Assembly: GCA_963803975.1 (NCBI GenBank)
Contig: CAWDOY010000039.1
Coordinates: 22,721-86,720, forward strand
Source of the DNA: an uncultured delta proteobacterium
GTDB taxonomy: Bacteria; Desulfobacterota; WTBG01; CAIYCZ01
DNA: 64,000 nucleotides
Direction of reading: 5' to 3'
A model generated the notes under the pieces. The model was not told where the DNA came from. It saw only the letters and a program-made list of their open reading frames with translations, and searched no databases. The stretch's first letter is position 1. Every line of letters starts with the position of its first letter. Positions 43,960 to 54,116 of this stretch are shown here, piece by piece. The position numbers and the translations under genes were made by a program.

Positions 43960-44030
43960 GTGAAAAGTAAAAAGTGTGAAAGCTGAAAAGTCACAACACT
44001 TGAAATCTTAAACTTGAAACTTAACGCCCC
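43960..44030. repeat. 7-nt-period arrays
   Basis: GTGAAAA GTAAAAA...; CTTGAAA TCTTAAA CTTGAAA CTTAACG. Confidence 0.55.
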
Positions 44031-44047
44031 GAACTTTAAACTGTTAT

Positions 44048-44879
44048 TTAGCTTTGAATAACCGCTTCAATTTCTGTATTCAGGCAGTACGGCTGATCAA
44101 GGGCCTTTCCCTCAGCGATAATCTTTTTGTTCTCAAGCTTTATCCTTCCCTCGGCAAACGCCTTCACGGTCTGCACCACCAGCGGTATTTCACGCCGCGC
44201 TCCCTCCTGCCGGATTTTTGCAAAGAGCGGGTTCTGCTCCCCTTCCTTTTTCACGATCTCTGCCAGCATTTTATGCTTAAGCTTTTTTTCCATCTCCTGC
44301 CACAGGGGGTCAAACTCCGGCCCGCGTATGGGGAATGTGCAGTAGGTGATAGGCGGCCCCTTGTCAAGCTCCTTTGTCACCAGGTGCATCATGTTGCCGC
44401 TCTCCTGCGCCCGCTTATGTATCAGCAGCCAGATCACCTCCTGCCAGGTGCCGGCCGGCCCATTGGGCGCTGCCGGGTGGAGGTTTATCATATCATGGAT
44501 TTCACATATCTCCTCGCCCACGACGAGCATGTAGCCGGCAAGCACAATAATATCAGCCTTCACCCCTTCCATGCGTTTCATGACTTCCCGGTCATAGGCA
44601 ATGCGCCACTGCTTCATTGCCGCGGGGTCTGCCTTTCCCGCGCTTCGCAGGTCAGGCATGAATTTTTTTGATGAGAACGAAATAAGCGGGATGCCGTAAT
44701 CCTGCACCTGTTTGATATACCGGTCGCTGCCTTCTGCTTCGCCCTGCTCCCTGCTGCAGACGACAAAAGCAATGTTCAGCGTTTACCTCTCCGTCACTGA
44801 TGGCCTTCACCATCGCATTGAGAAGGTTCATGGAACCCTGGCCCCGGCCCGTGGAAAACCATCCGATCTTATAGGTCAT
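44048..44879 (-). CDS. purN: phosphoribosylglycinamide formyltransferase (frameshifts around 44710-44775)
   Basis: IGWFSTGRG, VLAGYM, INLHPA, ELDKGP. Confidence 0.85.
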
Positions 44880-44981
44880 GGATCTATCCTCATACGGTGT
44901 TGCGGATTATTATTGTTACTGCCGGTGTCTATGCATACTGTATCCTCTATAACACTGCAGCGCGGCAAAGGTACAGTATTT

Positions 44982-45018
44982 AAAAAAAGGGCAGGGCCAC
45001 TTTCGTGACCCTGCCTTT
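44982..45018 (-). terminator. intrinsic terminator
   Basis: aaagggcaggg.cac-tttc-gtg.ccctgccttt with a T tail on the minus strand. Confidence 0.65.
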
Positions 45019-45052
45019 AGAAACTAGTCTGTATGCTTTCGAAATGTCTTGT

Positions 45053-46092
45053 TTAAGAAGCCCTTTGTAATAACAAATGGAATAGATACCACATCGCGGA
45101 CAGTTCACATTATAGGTGACCGGGCTTTAGACCCAGTAACAGTATAGCCCGCCTGTTATGGTATTCCCGACTACTTCAGCAGGAAAAAATGAGTAGCATT
45201 AGGTGTATCGAATATTAAGATCATCACCGGTAATGCCAAGGGCTTCTAGATCAATATTAAAGGTAAAGGTAAATCTTTGGATCCGCGGTAATATGCCAAA
45301 GCCAACTCTCACCGTGCTCGGACTAATGCTCTTAATTTGACACTCTGGCGCTGCAGTTGATGTAATGGTAAATGTTGTCTCACAGTTGATCGTTCCAGAA
45401 GTATTTTTTGCTATAAGCTTGCATTCGCTGGTGGCCGCATCACCTTTAACCGTGATATTTACCGTTCCCTCAGCCTTATTGACCGGAAATTGCATAATTT
45501 CCCGTATTGACGGTTATATACTGAGAGCAAGCATCAGAGAAGCTGACTTCAAGACCCTCCAGATCAGCCTCAGTCAAGCCTTCTGCATCTATCGTAACCT
45601 TTACATCCTGGGTTACGTCAGTCGTACCATCAACCTCGATCTCAGCAGGATCAATAGTGAGGATACATCCGGCTGGCGCTGTAGTAGTAGTTGTTTCGCT
45701 CGGAGTAGTAGTTGTTGTTTCAGTAGTTGTAGTAGCTGGCGTTGTCGTTGTGGTGTTAGCCGGAGCACAGGTAGGTATGACATCCCAGACATGATTGTTT
45801 AGTGATTTCCATGGCGGCAGCAGCAATCAAGGACAAAGTCCCGTGTTGCCTCTCGGATGACATACTGATACATGCAGATGATTCATACATTTTTACCAGG
45901 TGCTCCACCGGGATGGCAAGTAGCCACAACTACTATAGCTGCATGCAGCAGTATGCAGTCCTGTACCTGGTGGTTGCAGGATGGCATGTTAAACAGCCCT
46001 GGTTAACGTTTGTTCCAGGCAAATCCTGCCTGGGGGGAAAAGAGCAGCATGGCTGCACAGATTAAAAACATCGTGGTAACAAGTTTTTTCAT
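45053..46092 (-). CDS. exported multiheme (four CxxCH) cytochrome with Thr-rich linker and Ig-like domains (heavily frameshifted; 3' end approximate)
   Basis: GAAGGAGG RBS; MKKLVTTMFLICAAMLLFSPQAGFA signal; CLTCH 45981-45995, CLGCH 45777-45791, two more motifs each with one extra base; poly-Thr linker. Confidence 0.65.
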
Positions 46093-46337
46093 TGGGTCCT
46101 CCTTCTTAATAATTAATTATATATGCCTTAGTTGCTGTTGCCTGTATATTAATGCGCGATATTAATCGATATTGATTAATAATGCTATACCGGATATCGC
46201 GTTAAAACTATTGGTTTTTTTCTGGCTTGTTAATGGGTTACTATAGGTAGATTGATATTTAAGATATTTGCATACTAAAATTATAATGTCAAATTTTTTT
46301 AACAGTTTTTTTAACAGATTTTTTCATAGTGACCTGT

Positions 46338-47420
46338 TTACACGTTAAACCGTATATTCAAAATGTCGCCGTCCTCCACAATATAGTCTTTTCCCTTGGT
46401 ATAATATTTCCCGGCATGCTTGAGCTGGGCTTCTGTTTTATGCTCCATCAATTCATCAAACTTCATGACTTCCGCCCGGATAAATCCCCGCTGCAAATCG
46501 GAATGTATTGCACCTGCAGCCTCCGGCGCGGAGGAACCGGCCCGTATCAGCCACTGCCGCACCTCATCTTCCCCCACGGTAAAAAATGACATCAGGCCCA
46601 GAGCGGTTATGCAGCGCCGGGTGAGCATATCAAGCGCCGGCTCCTTTATGCCCAGGGCCTGCAGAAATTCGCTTTTCTCCGCTTCGGTTTCAAGGCCCGC
46701 TATTTCCGCTTCAACCTTCACCGCCACCTGGATAAAATCTATGTTAAGCGGCGCATAGGTTTCCTGCAGCTCGTGCAGGAGCTGCTCGTTCTGCACATCA
46801 GCTTCAGAACTATTAAGTACGACTATCATTTCTTTTAAGGTAATAAACGGATAGCTGGCGATAATTTTTTTCTCTTCTTCCGACAGCTCCAGCAGCCGCA
46901 GGGGGAGCTCTTTTTCCAGCTGGGGTTTCAGCTTTTCCAGGAGCGCCTTCTCCTGATGCAGGCGCTTGTCCTGAATCTTCTTAATGTCTTTTTCAATTCT
47001 CTCCAGGCGCTTTTCGACAAAAATCATGTCGTTTAAAATCAGCTCCGCGTTAACGCTCTCAATATCCCGGCGCGGGTCAACCGAGCCGCTCACGTGATAG
47101 ATCGAGTCATCCTGAAACGCCCTTACCACGTGACACACTGCATCCACATCAGCAATGTCTTTAAAAATATTTCCCTCCACAATCGATTCTTTTTCTATGG
47201 TGGGGAGAAGCGACAGGTCAACCTTCGGCCGAGCCTGTTTTCTCGGCGCGTACATTTTAACCAGGACTTCAAACCGCGGGTCTTTTATTTCAGCGCTGCC
47301 GACCAGTGTTTTTCTCGCGTCAGCCGTGCGTTCCATCCCATGCCCGGCGGTTAAAATCTTAAACAAAGTTTTTTTGCCTGTCTGCGGCAGGCCGATAATA
47401 CCGACTTTCATATTCTTCAT
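46338..47420 (-). CDS. ychF: YchF/Obg-family ATPase
   Basis: GIIGLP..GK.TLF, HVVRAF, AAGAIHSDLQRGFIRAEV, GKDYIVEDGDI..RFNV. Confidence 0.85.
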   Translation of the reverse strand: MKNMKVGIIGLPQTGKKTLFKILTAGHGMERTADARKTLVGSAEIKDPRFEVLVKMYAPRKQARPKVDLSLLPTIEKESIVEGNIFKDIADVDAVCHVVRAFQDDSIYHVSGSVDPRRDIESVNAELILNDMIFVEKRLERIEKDIKKIQDKRLHQEKALLEKLKPQLEKELPLRLLELSEEEKKIIASYPFITLKEMIVVLNSSEADVQNEQLLHELQETYAPLNIDFIQVAVKVEAEIAGLETEAEKSEFLQALGIKEPALDMLTRRCITALGLMSFFTVGEDEVRQWLIRAGSSAPEAAGAIHSDLQRGFIRAEVMKFDELMEHKTEAQLKHAGKYYTKGKDYIVEDGDILNIRFNV

Positions 47421-47512
47421 TCCTTTTCAACTGATAGCTGCTACGATTCTTACCTGGATACATCTGAGGTGAGGATTTTTATCTCAGGCTGTTTCAGAAA
47501 CAGGGCATCCTG

Positions 47513-47587
47513 CTGTAGGAGCGGCTTCAGCCGCGAAACCATCCGTTCGACTGCGCACGACAGGCGCGCATAAATGCGCTCCTACAG
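47513..47587. repeat. GTAG-type REP doublet (REPIN-like)
   Basis: ctGTAGGAGCGGCTTCAGCCGCG ... CGCGCATAAATGCGCTCCTACag inverted pair. Confidence 0.75.
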
Positions 47588-47592
47588 AAATA

Positions 47593-48390
47593 TCAAATAT
47601 CCTGGGCTTGTGCTTTTTCTATAAAAGCTCTAACTGCTTCATTGAATTCCCGGGGCTTCTCCAGCATGGCCATATGGCCGGCGCCGGGGATTATTTTCAG
47701 AAGCGCCTGCGGCATGAGCCCGGAAAGCTCTTCTGCGTCTGCGGCTGGGGTTATCCGGTCATCACTGCCGCAGAGTACCAGCGCCGGCACTGAAAGCGTT
47801 GCAGCCCACGGCCTGCTGTCAAAGGCTTTATACGCACACAAATCGCTGTACAGCGCTGCGGGACCATTACGGGTAAGCATCTTACCGCCCTGCGCAGATA
47901 CCGCGTCTGCTGTGCCGGGAGCATATGCTGCCAGACAGGATGCTTTGACTGCTGCCGAAAAATTATGCCTGAGCGTTTTCAGATACTCGGAAGCGATGGT
48001 CGCATGCGTACCGGTTCCCGCCAGAATAAGCCCCGCCACTCTGTGCGGAAACGCGCGGCTGAACTCCTGTGCCACGGCGCCGCCGAGAGAGTGGCCGGCG
48101 AGAAAAAAAATCCCCATCTCCAGCCCCCGGGTAAATGCATCAAGCCACAGGGCATAATCTTTTGCAGATGAGCGCAGCGGGCCGTCTGACCGCCCGTGCC
48201 CGGGAAGGTCGGGGGCAATCACCGGGATGTTTTCGCTGAGCTGCTTCTCCCAGACCGAGCTGTCACCGCCTGAGCCGTGGAGCAGTATCAGTATATGCCT
48301 GTCTGCAGCTGTTTGGTCTTTATTGGTGCGATAAAAATAGCGTGCTGCTCCAATTCTTATATGCGGCATTAACCCTATCCTGTCGAACAT
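47593..48390 (-). CDS. alpha/beta hydrolase
   Basis: LHGSGG, DLPGHG, GHSLGG, GSDD, AGH. Confidence 0.9.
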   Translation of the reverse strand: MFDRIGLMPHIRIGAARYFYRTNKDQTAADRHILILLHGSGGDSSVWEKQLSENIPVIAPDLPGHGRSDGPLRSSAKDYALWLDAFTRGLEMGIFFLAGHSLGGAVAQEFSRAFPHRVAGLILAGTGTHATIASEYLKTLRHNFSAAVKASCLAAYAPGTADAVSAQGGKMLTRNGPAALYSDLCAYKAFDSRPWAATLSVPALVLCGSDDRITPAADAEELSGLMPQALLKIIPGAGHMAMLEKPREFNEAVRAFIEKAQAQDI

Positions 48391-48433
48391 CAGGCCGTAA
48401 GCTTTCAGTTATCAAATGTTAGGCAAATTTTAC

Positions 48434-48464
48434 GCTGATCGCTGACCGCTGAAACCTGACAGCT
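48434..48464 (+). repeat. GCTGAnn 7-mer array
   Basis: GCTGATC GCTGACC GCTGAAA CCTGACA GCT; same class at 20714, 39108, 39955 and 53885 (reverse). Confidence 0.7.
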
Positions 48465-48469
48465 TTTCC

Positions 48470-51133
48470 TCAATGCACCTCGCTCCAGTTGTTTCCCCAG
48501 CTTATATCAACCTTCAGCGGCACTGACATTTCCAGAACCCCTTCCATCTCGGACTTAACCAGATCACGCAGTCTTTCTATTTCCTGTTCCGGCGCTTCGA
48601 AGATGAGCTCATCATGCACCTGCAGGATCATTCTGCCGGTGAACTGCTCCCGCCGCATCCGGTCATTTATGCGGATCATGGCAACCTTGATGAGGTCCGC
48701 AGCAGTGCCCTGTATGGGCGCATTAATTGCGGTGCGCTCGGCAAATTTCCGGGCGGTCACATTGCCTGACTTGATTTCCGGCACATAACGGCGCCGGGAG
48801 AGAAGCGTTGCCACGTACCCTCGCTCCTGCGCAGACGTGATCACCTGGTCAATGTAATCCTGCACCCCCTTGTATTTGCGGAAATAGTCATCGATATAGG
48901 CCTGGGCAAGCCGCGGCTCGATATCAAGCTGCTGGGAAAGCCCGAAGGCGCTCATGCCGTAGACAATGCCGAAATTAATTACCTTTGCCTCGCGCCGCAT
49001 CTGCGCGGTAACGTCTTCAGGCTTAACGCCCCAGATTTCAGCAGCAGTGCGGGTATGGATATCCTGGTCATGCACAAACGCATCAATCAGGGTTGTGTCG
49101 CGGGACAGGTGGGCAAGGATGCGCAGCTCAATCTGCGAGTAGTCTGCAGAAAGCATTTTCCAGCCGGGCTCGGTGATGAACGCTGCCCGGATTCTTTTTC
49201 CCTCATCAGTGCGGATGGGTATGTTCTGCAGGTTCGGCGCGCTGCTGCTCAATCTGCCGGTGGCGGTCACGGTCTGGTTGTAGGAGGTGTGGATGCGGCC
49301 GGTTGCCGGGTTGATGAGCTCCGGCATGCTGTCAATGTAGGTTGATTTAAGTTTGGAGAGCGTGCGAAATGACACGATTTCAGCAGGCAGCGGGTGCACT
49401 TTAGCCAGGCCGGTGAGCACCGAGATGTCGGTTGAATAGCCGGTCTTGGTCTTTTTAGCGCCGGGGAGCTTCAGCTTTTCAAACAGTATCTTCCCCATCT
49501 GCTGCGGGGAATTGATATTAAACTCCTCTTCCGCAAGCTGATAGATTTTATCGGTTGTTGACGCAAGGGTTACTGCATACTCTTCGGACAGCTGTTTGAG
49601 CAACGCCGCGTCAATTCGTACGCCGGCCATCTCCATGTCTGCCAGCACCTCCAGGAGCGGCAGCTCCACTCCGGTATAGAGCTCATCAAAGCCGTCTTCC
49701 CGCAGCTTTGGCAGCAGCATCTTTGATACAATAAAGGTGATGTCTGAGTCTTCACAGGCATAGTCCTTAGCAGCCTCCAGGGGAACCAGATCAAAGGTTA
49801 CGGCATTTTTCCCGCTGCCGGTTACCTCTTTAAACGTGGTCGTGCGGTAGTCAAGGTAATCCATGGCAATATCATCAAGGTTGTGGTTGTGCTTGGAGGG
49901 GTTAAGCAGATAGGAAGCGATCATGGTGTCGCAGTAGATGTTGCGCAGGGTTATGCCGCAGCGCTTGAATATAATATATTCATACTTTATGTTCTGCCCT
50001 ATCTTCTTCAGGCTCGCGTCTTCGAGCAGGGGCTTCAGCTCTTGTAATAATTCCTCCCGTTCAACCTGGCGCTCCACATTTTTGTGGGCAACCGGGATAT
50101 AAAAGGCCTCATGCTCCTGAAAGGCGAATGAGATGCCCACCATTTCAGCGCGCATGGGATCTTCTGATGTTGTCTCAAGATCAAGGGCAAAGCTGCCCTG
50201 CTCTCGCAGGCGCAAAAAGAGCTGCCGCACTTCCTCCATGGTGGTGAGGAGATGATAGGTTTTTCCCGCAGCCTGCTCCCGGGGGAGGTTTTTAAGAAGC
50301 CGGGTGAACTCAAGACGCTTGTAAAGCCCGCGCAGCGCTTCTGTGTCAGGTGAGCCGCTATGCAGCTCGGTCCAGCGGCGCTCAAGAGGAACGCAGGTGT
50401 CAATCGTCACCAGCTGGCGGCTTAAGAACGCCTGCTCTTTATGGGTGAGCAGGGTTTCGCGCACTTTCTTTTTCGTGACGTTATCCAGATTCCGGTAGAG
50501 ATTTTCAATGCTGCCGAACTGCTGTATCAGTTCAATGGCGGTCTTGTCGCCGACGCCGGGAACTCCCGGCACATTATCCACGCTGTCTCCCATCAGGCCG
50601 AACACTTCTATTGCTTTATCAGGCGTGACGCCGATCTTTTTTTTAACCGCCTCCTCATCAACGAGCACGTCCTTCATGGTATCAAACAGGGTGATATGCT
50701 GCGTGACCAGCTGATACAGGTCCTTGTCCCCGGTAATAATGGTCACGTCTGCCCCGTCTGCTTCAGCCTGCCGTGCCAGGGTGCCGATAATATCATCAGC
50801 CTCATAGCCCGCCTTCTCAATCACCGGAATATTAAAAGCCGCGATAACTTCCCTGATAAGAGGAATTTGCGCTGCCAGGCTGTCGGGCATTTTCGGCCGG
50901 TTGGCCTTGTAGCTTTGATAAACCTCATGCCTGAAGGTGGGGCCCGGCGCATCCAGCACCATAGCCAGGAGAGAAGGCTTATAATCATGTATAAGCCGTT
51001 GCAGCATCGTGGTGAATCCATAGACCGCGTTGGTTGGTATGCCGTCAGAGGTTGAAAGCTGGGGCAGGGCGAAAAACGCCCGGTAGATATAGGAGCTGCC
51101 GTCAACGAGAATGAGTTTGTTATTTTTAGTCAT
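48470..51133 (-). CDS. polA: DNA polymerase I
   Basis: 5'-3' exonuclease, DLET 3'-5' exonuclease, ADYSQIELR, AKVINFGIVYG, LQVHDEL; 887 aa. Confidence 0.97.
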   Translation of the reverse strand: MTKNNKLILVDGSSYIYRAFFALPQLSTSDGIPTNAVYGFTTMLQRLIHDYKPSLLAMVLDAPGPTFRHEVYQSYKANRPKMPDSLAAQIPLIREVIAAFNIPVIEKAGYEADDIIGTLARQAEADGADVTIITGDKDLYQLVTQHITLFDTMKDVLVDEEAVKKKIGVTPDKAIEVFGLMGDSVDNVPGVPGVGDKTAIELIQQFGSIENLYRNLDNVTKKKVRETLLTHKEQAFLSRQLVTIDTCVPLERRWTELHSGSPDTEALRGLYKRLEFTRLLKNLPREQAAGKTYHLLTTMEEVRQLFLRLREQGSFALDLETTSEDPMRAEMVGISFAFQEHEAFYIPVAHKNVERQVEREELLQELKPLLEDASLKKIGQNIKYEYIIFKRCGITLRNIYCDTMIASYLLNPSKHNHNLDDIAMDYLDYRTTTFKEVTGSGKNAVTFDLVPLEAAKDYACEDSDITFIVSKMLLPKLREDGFDELYTGVELPLLEVLADMEMAGVRIDAALLKQLSEEYAVTLASTTDKIYQLAEEEFNINSPQQMGKILFEKLKLPGAKKTKTGYSTDISVLTGLAKVHPLPAEIVSFRTLSKLKSTYIDSMPELINPATGRIHTSYNQTVTATGRLSSSAPNLQNIPIRTDEGKRIRAAFITEPGWKMLSADYSQIELRILAHLSRDTTLIDAFVHDQDIHTRTAAEIWGVKPEDVTAQMRREAKVINFGIVYGMSAFGLSQQLDIEPRLAQAYIDDYFRKYKGVQDYIDQVITSAQERGYVATLLSRRRYVPEIKSGNVTARKFAERTAINAPIQGTAADLIKVAMIRINDRMRREQFTGRMILQVHDELIFEAPEQEIERLRDLVKSEMEGVLEMSVPLKVDISWGNNWSEVH

Positions 51134-51318
51134 GGTTGGGAAAAGTTTTTATGATTACCGGTGATGACCAGTAGTATCACAAGTACGGTTGCGAGGTCAA
51201 ATGAACAGAAAAAGCTCTGCCGCGGGCAGCCGCTGCTTTCAAGACGGTAGGGATGACCGGTGACAGCTGCACATTGCTTATTCTTTTGAATTTCCCGGGC
51301 TGAACAGGTAGAATATAG

Positions 51319-51469
51319 CAGGCTGTTGAAAAACACCCATCTGCTGCGTTACGCTCATCCTTCGTCATTGCGACGTACTGGAAAGTACGACTCATTCCTC
51401 AGGATTTCGCGCGCCTTGCATCCGGATGTTTTTGACCAGCCTGGAAAAGATTACTTTTTGAACAGCCTG
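51319..51469. mobile_element. 151-bp MITE with IS-like terminal inverted repeats
   Basis: CAGGCTGTTGAAAAA ... TTTTTGAACAGCCTG; ATAG directly repeated on both flanks; extra internal right end at 51429-51443. Confidence 0.8.
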
Positions 51470-51503
51470 ATAGTTATTATACCCCACAACCAAAGGGCAT
51501 GGC

Positions 51504-52433
51504 GTGCTGAAGACCGTTGCTGTCTGCATTACCTTTACACTGATGTTCGCACTATCGCTGTTTGCCGGCGTGAAACAGCAGACAGCTTATTTTAGTTTCG
51601 CCTTTCAGGAAGGAGATGCCCGGGCGGCAGCCACGCTCCTGAAACAAGCGGACACCATCGCACAGGACATTATTGATGAATTCGGCCTTGCCCTCCAGAA
51701 ACCTGTTGACGTCATCATCGCCCCGACCGCGGAAGCATTCCACCGCATGCAGCCGGCAGGAGCGCGTGTTCCCGCCTGGGCCATCGGGGTTGCCTATCCA
51801 GCAGATAATCTCATCATACTGCTCTCCCCCCGGGTCCGCCAGCGAGGGCGCATCGACCTGATAAAAACCTTTCAGCACGAGCTTATCCATATCGCCCTCG
51901 GCCAGGCATTTAGGGGCAGCGAGCATGTGCCGCGCTGGCTTAACGAGGGGCTGGCCATGATTGCAGGGCAGGAGTGGAGCGTTGCGCGGCTCTCCACCAT
52001 TACTTTTGCCGTGCTGGGAAGAAAACTGATTCCCATGGACAAAATAACAGAAACATTTCCCTGGGATCCCGGGCAGGCAGAGCTGGCGTATTGTGAAAGC
52101 TTCTATTTCATCTCCTTTTTAAAGGGCCGGTTTGGAAACGATGCCTTCAGAAAATTTATGGGGGCATACATCACCCATAAAAATTTTAAAGAGGCGCTGC
52201 AGGATGCGTACCTGGTGCGCTGGGAGGATATGGAGGAACTCTGGCTTTCCTATCTAAATGTCCGCTTCAGCTGGATTCCGCTCATCACCAGCTCTACAAC
52301 GCTGTGGTTTCTGGCAACGCTGATTTTTCTTCTTGGCTATTTGAGAAAAAAAAGAATGAATCGCTTGAAGCTTGCGGAGTGGAAGAAAGAGGAAGAGTTT
52401 TTATATCCGCCGGATAAACACCTGCTGCATTAA
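51504..52433 (+). CDS. peptidase MA-like metallohydrolase with C-terminal TM
   Basis: P.WAIGVA, HELIH, PRWLNEGLA, AYCES. Confidence 0.8.
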   Translation: MLKTVAVCITFTLMFALSLFAGVKQQTAYFSFAFQEGDARAAATLLKQADTIAQDIIDEFGLALQKPVDVIIAPTAEAFHRMQPAGARVPAWAIGVAYPADNLIILLSPRVRQRGRIDLIKTFQHELIHIALGQAFRGSEHVPRWLNEGLAMIAGQEWSVARLSTITFAVLGRKLIPMDKITETFPWDPGQAELAYCESFYFISFLKGRFGNDAFRKFMGAYITHKNFKEALQDAYLVRWEDMEELWLSYLNVRFSWIPLITSSTTLWFLATLIFLLGYLRKKRMNRLKLAEWKKEEEFLYPPDKHLLH

Positions 52434-52584
52434 CGCTGTCTTGCATTTTTTTAATCCCAATTTCCAAACCCTGCATTTCATTTTTATTGATGCCCTCCCT
52501 TTAAAAGGGGAGGAATACTTCTGTGTGGTTCTGTGCTTTTCTAAGGCTGAACTTTAAAAGCAGAGGCAGAGATTGCTCTGCTTT

Positions 52585-52980
52585 TTAATCCCCCGCTGTA
52601 TCCCACGGCAGGGCATAGTCATTTTCTGAAAGCTGAAAAATTTTTTCTACTGGTCCAATGACCAGCCCCTTTTCAATGTGCAGCTGCGGGTAGGTTTTGC
52701 GAAAAGCAGTTATTCCGGATGTATCGCCGCGACCCGGATTACTGCTCGATTTAATCTCTATGGGGTAATAGATGCCGTCCCGTTCAAGAACCATATCCAC
52801 CTCTGCACCGCCATGGCTGCGCCAATGATAGATATTGGGCTTTGGCGAAAGCACTGAGCACAGTTTTCGGATCTCCCCGGCAACGGCAGTCTCAAACAGA
52901 GCCCCCCATAACGGATGACCACCGATTGCCCGTGGTGACGATATGGCGCATGCAGTGCAAGCAAGTCCGGTATCTGCAAT
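52585..52980 (-). pseudogene. 5'-truncated AAA+/DUF4143 protein (C-terminal part only)
   Basis: ADTGLAC, GALFET, YHWRS..GAEVD, PIEIKS; no Walker A domain and no room for one before the upstream gene. Confidence 0.7.
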
Positions 52981-53022
52981 ACCTTGATAATTAGTATTGA
53001 CAGTACTAATTGTCAAGGTATT
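52978..53022. repeat. 45-nt near-perfect palindrome
   Basis: aataccttgataattagtatt-gac-agtactaattgtcaaggtatt. Confidence 0.85.
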
Positions 53023-53046
53023 TTTATATTGATTTCGTATTATCTA

Positions 53047-53806
53047 TTATCTGATTGCCACGCTATTGCGCAGCGTTCCAATCCCCTCAATCCTCACCTC
53101 GACCACATCCCCGACCTGCATCGGCCCGATTCCTTCAGGCGTACCGGTGGCAATCACATCTCCGGGCAGCAGGGTCATAACCCGCGATATAAACGAGACC
53201 AGAGCAGGTCACCGGAAAGATGAGGTCGCGGGTTGAGGCTGACTGTTTTTTTTCTCTGTTTAAGAATGTTTCAATGAGCACATCCGACGGGTCAAACGCT
53301 GTTTCAATAAAAGGCCCCAGCGGCGCAAAGGTGTCAAAGCCCTTGGCGCGGGTCCACTGCCGGTCTTTTTTCTGCAGGTCGCGGGCAGTGACATCATTAA
53401 CGCAGGTATAGCCAAGGATATAGTCTGAAGCCTGCTCAACAGTAACAGACTGACAGTGCCTGCCGATCACAACCCCAAGTTCCCCTTCATAATCAACCCG
53501 TTTTGACATGGCGGGATAGATAATCTTTTCTTCCGGGCCGATGACTGCCGTGGACGGCTTCAGAAAGAGTATCGGCTCTTCCGGCAGTTCCATTTTAACT
53601 TCTGCCGCATGGGTGCGGTAATTGAGCCCCACGGCAACTATTTTTGAAGGAGCGCAGGGGGCGAGAACCGTAAGCGTGTTCAAAGGGAATCTGACATCAA
53701 GAACCTGATAGGTGCCAAAGATGTCCCCGGCAATTTCCTGCACCGCGTCTCCGGAAACTGCGCCGTAGAATATTTTATGGTCTTTTACAAACCGGCCTAA
53801 TTTCAC
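53047..53806 (-). CDS. fumarylacetoacetate hydrolase-family protein (frameshift near 53205)
   Basis: [30 protein letters not shown]; shifted frame [13 protein letters not shown]. Confidence 0.9.
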
Positions 53807-53884
53807 ATTTATTTCCTTTCGATCAGCTGTTCTTTTGCAGCCAGACTCCCGACATTAGCTGGAATGCAAGGAAACTGTGGCAAA

Positions 53885-53985
53885 AGCTATCAGCGGTCAG
53901 CCTTCAGCTTTCGAGCATTCGCTTTCCGCGTTTCGCTTCCCTGATCCCGAACCCCCAAAACCCAGTTCCGAATCCGAGTTCCAGA
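53885..53985 (-). repeat. composite 7-mer arrays
   Basis: reverse GCTGAnn array plus cccgaac/ccagttc/ccgaatc units. Confidence 0.55.
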
Positions 53986-54030
53986 TGTAATCATTTTTAC
54001 TTCACCCGTCAAGCCTGATTTAAGCATAAA

Positions 54031-54059
54031 TTGACACCCGCTGCGGAAGATGTTACAAA
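54031..54059 (+). promoter_or_regulatory. possible sigma70 promoter
   Basis: TTGACA, 17 nt spacer, TGnTACAAA. Confidence 0.45.
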
Positions 54060-54116
54060 GATTCTCTGTTTTTGTTTCAGGCGGTACCTATTAATATATA
54101 TAATATATAGATAGCT

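Noticed and set aside
45680-45760. Trinucleotide microsatellite
   Set aside because: It encodes the Thr-rich linker of the minus-strand cytochrome gene
51130-51595. Short ORFs 51130-51336, 51177-51395 and 51326-51595
   Set aside because: They read through the MITE and promoter DNA; no protein-like motifs
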